Positions 57,842 to 64,000 of a stretch of 64,000 nucleotides of DNA are shown here, one piece after another. How positions within the stretch are numbered: the stretch's first letter is position 1; each line of letters begins with the position of its first letter. Origin of the DNA: a virus; IMG/VR virus record IMGVR_UViG_3300042301_001121, positions 3,885 to 67,884 of that record; one strand, 5' to 3'. The translations under genes were made by a program, and so were the position numbers. A model generated the notes under the pieces. It saw only the letters and a program-made list of their open reading frames with translations, was not told the origin of the DNA and did not search any database.

Positions 57842-58287
57842 TATTCTTTTGGTATTGTTACTTGTAATGTTATACTTCCTTCTCTTGAGATACTCGCAGG
57901 AATGATTTTCTTGCCTTCTGAGTCACTTAAACCACCATACTTATATGATTCTATCATCATCGCTTCAATCTTCTTTCTATCGGCCTCTAATTGCTTAATC
58001 GTGAAATTAAGTTCTACCCACTCTGGATTGTATGAGAAGTCATAGGTAGGAGCTACTGCTTTTGTACTCATCCAGCACCCATTAATCTTTACCTTGTTCT
58101 CGTCAGAAGATGTTAGTATGTCAAGGGCAGATTGTTTAGCTTCTGCCATTATCTCCTTGGATATTTCTTCTAGCTCCTTACCTTTCATATAAGCATCTAT
58201 CGGATCTGTATTCTCTTGTATAAATGCTAGGGCTGATTGTTTAATCGTGTCTTTTGTTATAAAGACTTCTTCAAATATTTTAGTCAT
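57841..58287 (-). CDS. hypothetical recombination-module protein
   Basis: 148 aa, directly downstream of the SSAP gene. Confidence 0.6.
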   Translation of the reverse strand: MTKIFEEVFITKDTIKQSALAFIQENTDPIDAYMKGKELEEISKEIMAEAKQSALDILTSSDENKVKINGCWMSTKAVAPTYDFSYNPEWVELNFTIKQLEADRKKIEAMMIESYKYGGLSDSEGKKIIPASISREGSITLQVTIPKE

Positions 58288-58289
58288 AA

Positions 58290-59210
58290 TTAATTCTTTA
58301 AAGTTAATGCATGGTTATTACAGTGATTCTTAAATGCTTCAAGGTTATCTGGGTCTGCTGACTTTAACTGTTCTAGTATAATCATCGCCCATTGTTTAAG
58401 CTCAGCTTTAGTAGTGTGTTTCTTTATATCAACAAGTGCTTGTTCATAAAGAGATAGAGATAAAGACTCATTAAGTTCTTTGTCAATAGCTTCTCTCATC
58501 ATATCTGCTGTCATCTTAGCTGTAGGTTTCTTACCTATTACAGTGATATACTCTTGAGTTACTGCTTCTAATTCTACCTCAGCATCTGTCTTTTTCTTTA
58601 GTACTCCTTGAGGATTAGCATCAGGATCTATAACGGATTGTGCTGTTTGTTGCACTTTTGGCTGTGTTTCTTCCTTGATGTACTCACCCCATTGGAATCG
58701 TAGCTTACCATTAGTATCTTTACATGCTAGGTAATTAACCTTACCATCAGTAAACTGAGAGTGCCATTTCCAATCTCTAAGTTTTAATCCCCACTTTTGT
58801 CTACCCTTACCTGATACTAATTCATATTCAGTATCTAACACTAGAGGAATAGATATGATTGGATAGTCATAAAGCTCACGACCTATACCCCAATTGAAGC
58901 ACGCACGTTTGAATGAGTCAGATGATTCACCTTTGGTAGCTTCTGTCATAGATTCCGTACCTACATCAGACTTCCATACCCATTCACCATTCTCTTCATT
59001 ATAGATACCAACGTGGCAGAATAGTTTACCATCAATAAGCTCATGTTTACGTTGCCAGTTAAGTGGGCCGACTGCTTGATCTAATCTCTGCATATCTACA
59101 CGAGCTGACTTATACGCTAGGATTGTAGCGTAGCCTTTAGCATTAATTGATTGTACTCTGAAGTCAATGTCCTCAATGGTCAAAGGTCTTGATAATTCTT
59201 TTAGATTCAT
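58290..59210 (-). CDS. Rad52/Sak-like single-strand annealing recombinase
   Basis: LAYKSAR...RLD..VG..NWQ...WVWKSDVG...KGESSDSFKRA...WGIGRELY. Confidence 0.85.
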   Translation of the reverse strand: MNLKELSRPLTIEDIDFRVQSINAKGYATILAYKSARVDMQRLDQAVGPLNWQRKHELIDGKLFCHVGIYNEENGEWVWKSDVGTESMTEATKGESSDSFKRACFNWGIGRELYDYPIISIPLVLDTEYELVSGKGRQKWGLKLRDWKWHSQFTDGKVNYLACKDTNGKLRFQWGEYIKEETQPKVQQTAQSVIDPDANPQGVLKKKTDAEVELEAVTQEYITVIGKKPTAKMTADMMREAIDKELNESLSLSLYEQALVDIKKHTTKAELKQWAMIILEQLKSADPDNLEAFKNHCNNHALTLKN

Positions 59211-59220
59211 ACTTTATTTT

Positions 59221-59508
59221 TTATTTAGTTAATACAAATGATAAGTTCCAATTAGGAATAGATGAGTCAATGAATGCTCGTAGTATCTCTTCCTTTACTT
59301 TAGCTGATGGATAATGTTTGAATACTGACTTAGCAAGTTTTAACGCTTCTCTATCTTCTTGAGACTTTTTAAACACATCCTTGTTAAGTTCTAATCTTCT
59401 TTTGTTTACTTCTGATTGAACAATAGATTTGTTCTGAGACATTGATCCATCCGTACTTGTTTTTGGTACAAGCTTTACCATTACTCTTTGTGCGAAATGT
59501 ATTTTCAT
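59221..59508 (-). CDS. hypothetical protein (ATG supplied by repeat)
   Basis: 95 aa. Confidence 0.65.
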   Translation of the reverse strand: MKIHFAQRVMVKLVPKTSTDGSMSQNKSIVQSEVNKRRLELNKDVFKKSQEDREALKLAKSVFKHYPSAKVKEEILRAFIDSSIPNWNLSFVLTK

Positions 59509-59519
59509 TCTATTCTGAT

Positions 59520-59867
59520 TTAAAGGTTAATTATTTTATCTACTGAAAGTAAATCACATATATCTTCAATATGATTTTCTAAATCCATACCCACTTGTTC
59601 ATAATCACAAAATCTATGATAACAATCTGCATTTTCCCAATGTTGAAAACATTCTTTTTCTTCTCCATTGTCAATAAATAAACCGCATCCTGTACATTTA
59701 TTACATACACTTTCTTCAGGAAATTCATCATCAGTTAAATGTCTATTTTGCCATCCTTGAGAATAAACATTGTATATTTTTTCCAAAACAGATTTTGTTT
59801 TCTCTATAAATTCTTTTTGATTCATTTTGCGTGGTTCTTGCGGTTCAATTTTAAATAAATCTTCCAT
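59520..59867 (-). CDS. Cys-containing hypothetical cassette gene
   Basis: Start and stop both inside repeats; CNKCTGCG. Confidence 0.7.
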   Translation of the reverse strand: MEDLFKIEPQEPRKMNQKEFIEKTKSVLEKIYNVYSQGWQNRHLTDDEFPEESVCNKCTGCGLFIDNGEEKECFQHWENADCYHRFCDYEQVGMDLENHIEDICDLLSVDKIINL

Positions 59868-59885
59868 TCTATTCTGATTTAAAGG

Positions 59886-60107
59886 TTAAATACTTCGTAA
59901 TTCAATAGGGTGCAATTCGTGTTTAAATGGCTTCAATCTACGTTTAGCTACTTCAATCTGTTTTCTGTAATAATATGGACTTTGACCACGCCTTAAAAGG
60001 TATCCAATCATTGCTTGTGATTGGTAAATGTGATACAAAAGTTTATCGATTTCACTTGGGTTTTTACCAAGTTTAAAGTTTACTCTTAATTCTCTTTCTG
60101 TTTTCAT
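59886..60107 (-). CDS. hypothetical basic protein
   Basis: Stop overlaps the start of the repeat. Confidence 0.65.
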   Translation of the reverse strand: MKTERELRVNFKLGKNPSEIDKLLYHIYQSQAMIGYLLRRGQSPYYYRKQIEVAKRRLKPFKHELHPIELRSI

Positions 60108-60343
60108 TCTATTTGTTTATTTGATGTTTTAATTCGTTCCGAATTATAGTGTAATAATTTATTTACTTCATTACTTAAAAAAACCATAATTTCCATTACT
60201 TGATTGGCGTCTAGCCAAATTGATTCATTATTTACTTCAATTTCAAGTTCACTATCATCATCAAATGATGTTAAACATATCTTTGCTTCTCTTTTGTTTA
60301 ATTTTAATTCACTCATATTCTTATTTTTAAAATAAATCATCAC
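60104..60343 (-). CDS. hypothetical protein
   Basis: 79-aa ORF; true start may be the internal MSEL. Confidence 0.55.
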   Translation of the reverse strand: MMIYFKNKNMSELKLNKREAKICLTSFDDDSELEIEVNNESIWLDANQVMEIMVFLSNEVNKLLHYNSERIKTSNKQIE

Positions 60344-60638
60344 TTGATACTTCTACCTTTTGTTTTTCTCTCCTTGATACTCCTATACTTGATTGATTAC
60401 GTAGTGAGTATCTTGATATTATAATATTAATATCTAGGTTTAAGAACTCAGCTAGGAATACGAATACATAAGCATCATTAGGATATGCTCCTCTCACTAG
60501 GTTATACACATTCATGTATGAGTGCCAGTTACTTCCTGGCACATCTTGTTTAATCAATTCATCTTGTACATGCTGAACACGATAGCGTTGCTCATCTAAT
60601 AGATCTTTGATTCCGATAAACTTGTTTGATAAACTCAT
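60327..60638 (-). CDS. putative HTH-like protein
   Basis: 103 aa, YNLVRG.YP...LAEFLN. Confidence 0.45.
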   Translation of the reverse strand: MSLSNKFIGIKDLLDEQRYRVQHVQDELIKQDVPGSNWHSYMNVYNLVRGAYPNDAYVFVFLAEFLNLDINIIISRYSLRNQSSIGVSRREKQKVEVSSDDLF

Positions 60639-60689
60639 TGACTCTGCTAAATTAAAAGTTATTAATCACAAATCCAAACTTATTAACAT

Positions 60690-60995
60690 TTATTTACTAA
60701 ATGTTTGTTTGAATTTTTCTTCTGTACATACTATAGTTCCATCATTAACTACCACATTATCTTTAAATAATATTTCAACCTTTGTGTTATATCTATCTTT
60801 CATCTCTATTATTATTTCATCATCATTATTTTCTACGCTCATGATGGAGGATAAGGTAGGTACATCATCTACTAGTTCAATGTAGTAAGGGAAGTCATAT
60901 ACTGCCTTGAGTAATATTTTAAACTTCTCCATGTCGTCAATTTTAAAGATGGCTTGAAGTCTACCATCTGCTCTAAATACCATTGCTGTTTTCAT
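60690..60995 (-). CDS. hypothetical protein (ATG supplied by repeat)
   Basis: 101 aa. Confidence 0.65.
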   Translation of the reverse strand: MKTAMVFRADGRLQAIFKIDDMEKFKILLKAVYDFPYYIELVDDVPTLSSIMSVENNDDEIIIEMKDRYNTKVEILFKDNVVVNDGTIVCTEEKFKQTFSK

Positions 60996-61006
60996 TCTAT
61001 TCTGAT

Positions 61007-61186
61007 TTAAAGGTCAAACCAATACATTCCAAAAAATATCCTCATACATTGTCTATGAAACCATTTTGGTTTGTAAGATAAATTCATTTGTGTATAATAA
61101 GTTGAAGCAGTTCCAAATCTATAACCACCAACAGGAAGTGGAGGTCTTTCTGCAATTATAAATGTCGCTGTTGTTGTGTGTTCCAT
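61007..61186 (-). CDS. hypothetical cassette gene (59 aa, below cutoff)
   Basis: Manual translation MEHTTTATFIIAERPPLPVGGYRFGTASTYYTQMNLSYKPKWFHRQCMRIFFGMYWFDL*; fills the repeat-to-repeat interval exactly. Confidence 0.75.
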   Translation of the reverse strand: MEHTTTATFIIAERPPLPVGGYRFGTASTYYTQMNLSYKPKWFHRQCMRIFFGMYWFDL

Positions 61187-61188
61187 TT

Positions 61189-61362
61189 CTATTCTGATTT
61201 AAAGGTTTGTTTTTTAGTTTTGGCTAAATAGTAAAGCTCTGCGTATTCTTGCATTGCTATCAACGCTTGTGACCTATCAATGATACCATCATAATCAGTA
61301 TACTTGTTTAGTATTTCTTCTTTTGAACCAAGTAATATTATTTCTTTTTGTTCCTCATCCAT
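61189..61362 (-). CDS. hypothetical cassette gene (start MDEEQK, ends TFKSE)
   Basis: Bounded by repeats; the ORF-track start at 61449 overlaps the previous gene. Confidence 0.7.
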   Translation of the reverse strand: MDEEQKEIILLGSKEEILNKYTDYDGIIDRSQALIAMQEYAELYYLAKTKKQTFKSE

Positions 61363-61363
61363 T

Positions 61364-61567
61364 CTATTCTGATTTAAAGGTTTCGTTGTAGTATTGTTCT
61401 GGTTGATAACATTGAGAACCATAATCATTGCTCCCTTGATTATAAGCATCCATTATCTGCTCTTCAAACATTTTTTCAGCTTGTTCAATAATTTTTAATT
61501 TTACTTCATAATTTGCTAATTCATATTTATTTAGCTTTTTAACCAACCATTCTACTGCTGTTTTCAT
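61364..61567 (-). CDS. hypothetical cassette gene, TAVEWL...YYNETFKSE type
   Basis: Bounded by repeats; paralogue of 7659..7862. Confidence 0.75.
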   Translation of the reverse strand: MKTAVEWLVKKLNKYELANYEVKLKIIEQAEKMFEEQIMDAYNQGSNDYGSQCYQPEQYYNETFKSE

Positions 61568-61568
61568 T

Positions 61569-61928
61569 CTATTCTGATTTAAAGGTTAATTCTTCTCCTG
61601 TCAGTGCAAAGTATAAGTTTTGTAGTTGGTGAACATATTTAATAGATTCCTCTAAAATAGCCCAAGAATTAAAATAAACTCTACCTTTTTTATGACGCTC
61701 TAATTCATTTGATACTTGTATTGTTAATTTTTCTTTGTCAAATTGGCTACTTACTTTTGACTTCTCAAACCCAAATTTTATCAACCATTCTTCTGTTAGT
61801 GGAATTGGATTATAGTTTGGTTTTTCCATTGCTACTATCAACAATCTTATTTCATGATAAGAAATAGTGCCAATTTCTCCATTTGGTAAATAAAATTTAT
61901 TACCTATTCTCAATTCACTTGCTTTCAT
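61569..61928 (-). CDS. hypothetical cassette gene (ELRIGN...PIPLTEEWL...VHQLQNLYFALTG)
   Basis: Bounded by repeats; ends TFKSE. Confidence 0.75.
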   Translation of the reverse strand: MKASELRIGNKFYLPNGEIGTISYHEIRLLIVAMEKPNYNPIPLTEEWLIKFGFEKSKVSSQFDKEKLTIQVSNELERHKKGRVYFNSWAILEESIKYVHQLQNLYFALTGEELTFKSE

Positions 61929-61949
61929 TCTATTCTGATTTAAAGGTTA

Positions 61950-62597
61950 TTACTTCTTTTTAAATTGTTCAAACCATTTGTCAAAGTTTTTTGTAAATTC
62001 CCTTGGATTACCCGTAGCTGGAACTTGCCATCTAACTTCTTCAGCTATTTTTCTAACTTCTTCCTCACTATACATTCTTTCAGCTTGCCATTTAGCACCT
62101 GCTATCCAATTATCTGTTTTGCATAAATTAGGGTCTGCAAGATTAGCAGCAGCTTCTTCAAGTGTTTCTTGTTTAGGTTCTTCTTGTGGAATGATGATTT
62201 TGTAGCATTGTGATTTATTTAGTTCACTCCACCTAAACTTTTTATAATTAAAGTTAACCACAACACTCTCACAACTTGGATTCTTAATAAACCATTCTAA
62301 AAATTCATCATCAATAGCTTGTACACCATCTGTAATTAGGTCTTGGTCTGTTGTTAGGATGATTTTTTTATAGTATGAATCTAAACCCTTAATACCATCA
62401 TACTGTACTATATTTTTTGTAGAAAGATTTAAACCAAAATCTCCTTCTTCAATAAATTCATCAGAAGTGATGTAGATGTGTTGGTTCTTACATAGTCCTT
62501 GAGATTTAGGCATCAATCCATTAGGATATAACATTAATTTACCTGTTATATGTAATCTACTTGGTTTTTCTGTTGGTAATAAATGTAAATTTTTCAT
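61950..62597 (-). CDS. hypothetical protein
   Basis: 215 aa, KIILTTD and EPKQETLEEAA motifs; stop 1 nt before the repeat. Confidence 0.75.
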   Translation of the reverse strand: MKNLHLLPTEKPSRLHITGKLMLYPNGLMPKSQGLCKNQHIYITSDEFIEEGDFGLNLSTKNIVQYDGIKGLDSYYKKIILTTDQDLITDGVQAIDDEFLEWFIKNPSCESVVVNFNYKKFRWSELNKSQCYKIIIPQEEPKQETLEEAAANLADPNLCKTDNWIAGAKWQAERMYSEEEVRKIAEEVRWQVPATGNPREFTKNFDKWFEQFKKK

Positions 62598-62606
62598 ATT
62601 ACTTTT

Positions 62607-63008
62607 TTAAAAATTAATTTTCCAAGATCCTAGTAATTCAGGATGAAAATGAGCTACAAATAACCATACAAGAATAGTCATAGATATTATACCATCTATC
62701 TTCTTAAATAGTATCAAACTTTCCCAGTGCTTATTTTTCTTAAAATATTTGGCCACAGGAGCTTGTAAAAGAGACAATACAAAAATAGCTAAGTATGCAT
62801 ACCATAGCCCACTAATTGCCATTCCTAAGATTAACCATACAAGATAGATTGTTGAAAAACAACCAGTTACCAATCTTATTGATTCTTTATCATCTTTATC
62901 CTTTGGTAATATATACAGAGCTGTTATAAATGCTCTTGTTTTAACAAACACCCACATTTCATACATAAAGGCTGCACCTATCATAAGTGCTAATAACACA
63001 TCTTTCAT
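62607..63008 (-). CDS. membrane protein
   Basis: About four hydrophobic segments. Confidence 0.65.
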   Translation of the reverse strand: MKDVLLALMIGAAFMYEMWVFVKTRAFITALYILPKDKDDKESIRLVTGCFSTIYLVWLILGMAISGLWYAYLAIFVLSLLQAPVAKYFKKNKHWESLILFKKIDGIISMTILVWLFVAHFHPELLGSWKINF

Positions 63009-63020
63009 AATTAATAGCTT

Positions 63021-63548
63021 TTAATTATTAAATTTATATTTTATAGTTCTTTTGATTAGATCCACACAGTAATCTACATCATGTAATGTAAGTTTTCCTG
63101 TATTAGATTCTACTTCACTACAGTGATGAATAGTAAGATAAATACATTTTTCCAATTCTTTAAACATATCCTCTTGATCCTTGTAAGCTTCATCTAACTT
63201 AGTTTCTAAGTCTGCAATAACCTCATCCTTAACTTTAAGCCCTGCCTGTGCTTTTTCTAAGTTAAGTTCCAAATCACTTTTCATCATTACAAAATCATCA
63301 TTCTTAACCTTCTTAGGCCTTCCTGAATTTTTTACTTTATTGTTAACTGCCATTTTTACTTGTTTTTTTTGTTCTAAATAATCAATAATAAAACCAATAG
63401 CAACTAGTATATTCATACCACAAGATGCTATTATTTCATGAATGTCCTCATATATAGTGGACATCAAATGTACATGACCAACCATCCAAAATGGTACAGA
63501 TAAGTTTTGGCTTATCCATACCACTAGGTACTTAATAAAGTGAAGCAT
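63021..63548 (-). CDS. hypothetical protein, possibly two genes fused at an A8 run
   Basis: Hydrophobic N-part plus soluble coiled-coil part starting MAVNNK. Confidence 0.5.
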   Translation of the reverse strand: MLHFIKYLVVWISQNLSVPFWMVGHVHLMSTIYEDIHEIIASCGMNILVAIGFIIDYLEQKKQVKMAVNNKVKNSGRPKKVKNDDFVMMKSDLELNLEKAQAGLKVKDEVIADLETKLDEAYKDQEDMFKELEKCIYLTIHHCSEVESNTGKLTLHDVDYCVDLIKRTIKYKFNN

Positions 63549-63793
63549 TAAGGTATACAATAAGTATCACCAAGTCCTAAGCTATTGTACAGCTCCTCAC
63601 TAACACTTACCCATCTAGACTCACGAATACAAGGATCATAAAATAGTATAGTATAGGAAGTTCCTATGACATTACCAGATGAGCTAAGCATATGATCAAT
63701 ATCTTTATCCTTTACATCAGCACATTTGCACTCTTTTTTTTTACAGCTTAAAAGGACTAAACTTAACAGTAAGACACTAATTATCTTTTTCAT
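63548..63793 (-). CDS. putative lipoprotein
   Basis: MKKIISVLLLSLVLLSC lipobox. Confidence 0.7.
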   Translation of the reverse strand: MKKIISVLLLSLVLLSCKKKECKCADVKDKDIDHMLSSSGNVIGTSYTILFYDPCIRESRWVSVSEELYNSLGLGDTYCIP

Positions 63794-64000
63794 GTTTGCT
63801 TGTTTTAATTATTTTAGCATAAAGTCATAAGCAGCTTTGCTACCACTCATGTTAAACTTATAAGTTTCTGTTGTACAATAACTCTCATTTATCCTAATTT
63901 TTACTGCAGATGCTGCTTTAAAATCTGCAAGCATCTCAGGTCTCAATTCCAATGACCAGGTTAGGAAAACTATGTTATTTTTCTCAGACTTATCACAAAC

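Larger units (their letters stand above)
59506..61948 (-). repeat. array of 7 copies of the 23-bp gene-junction repeat AACCTTTAAATCAGAATAGAATG
   Basis: Perfect copies at 59506, 59865, 61360, 61565, 61926; 1 mismatch at 60993; 1-nt insertion at 61184; 9-nt partial at 60105. Confidence 0.95.

Noticed and set aside
59506-61948. CRISPR array interpretation of the 23-bp repeats
   Set aside because: Intervals are 176-1128 bp, irregular and protein-coding, and no cas genes are present.
59506-61948. Classical integron (attC/IntI)
   Set aside because: Repeats are short direct repeats without attC hairpins or GTTRRRY ends, and no tyrosine recombinase is seen in the window.
7183-62205. Antisense or alternate-frame ORFs such as 7183, 10453, 10987, 15412, 19640, 23553, 28701, 34427, 39911, 41515, 52580, 55766 and 61978
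   Set aside because: They lie within well-supported genes, lack motifs and leaders, and look like shadow ORFs.
1-64000. Stop-codon reassignment as in some crAss-like phages
   Set aside because: Long genes are uninterrupted in code 11, TAA, TAG and TGA all end genes, and no suppressor tRNA was seen.
1-64000. Prophage or temperate lifestyle
   Set aside because: No integrase, att-linked host genes or CI/Cro-type switch is recognisable, though genes outside the window cannot be excluded.

Overview
The window is most of an AT-rich, apparently lytic tailed dsDNA phage genome. It uses genetic code 11, and no integrase, DNA polymerase or RNA polymerase is recognisable. The host is inferred to be in the Bacteroidota, because TAnnTTTG (-7) promoter boxes precede most operons and obvious Shine-Dalgarno sequences are lacking. 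Layout: (i) 1-5.7 kb, minus-strand early-type cluster of small, often very acidic ORFs behind a hairpin-rich leader; (ii) 5.7-6.8 kb, non-coding divergence region; (iii) 6.8-16.2 kb, plus-strand genes: PAPS-reductase-like protein, HNH, RepL-like protein, intein-containing metallophosphoesterase, small basic proteins, terminase, S74-chaperone fibre; (iv) 16.2-17.9 kb, PD-(D/E)xK nuclease, atypical tRNA-Lys(UUU), a possible structured RNA and an A-tract/TA-repeat origin candidate; (v) 18-52.3 kb, podovirus-type, crAss-like-ordered virion module: portal, scaffold, capsid, three ring proteins, muzzle, large ejected proteins with an embedded ferritin gene, Cys-rich tail proteins, lysis genes; (vi) 52.3-64 kb, minus-strand replication/recombination genes (SSB, MazG-like, DnaB, Rad52/Sak-like) and accessory ORFs. 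The most striking unexplained structure is a 23-bp direct repeat, AACCTTTAAATCAGAATAGAATG. It sits exactly at the junctions of small accessory genes (7 copies at 59.5-61.9 kb, 1 at 7.85 kb) and supplies stop and start codons, like a gene-cassette array next to a single-strand annealing recombinase. All functional calls come from motif recognition by eye; no database search was run.
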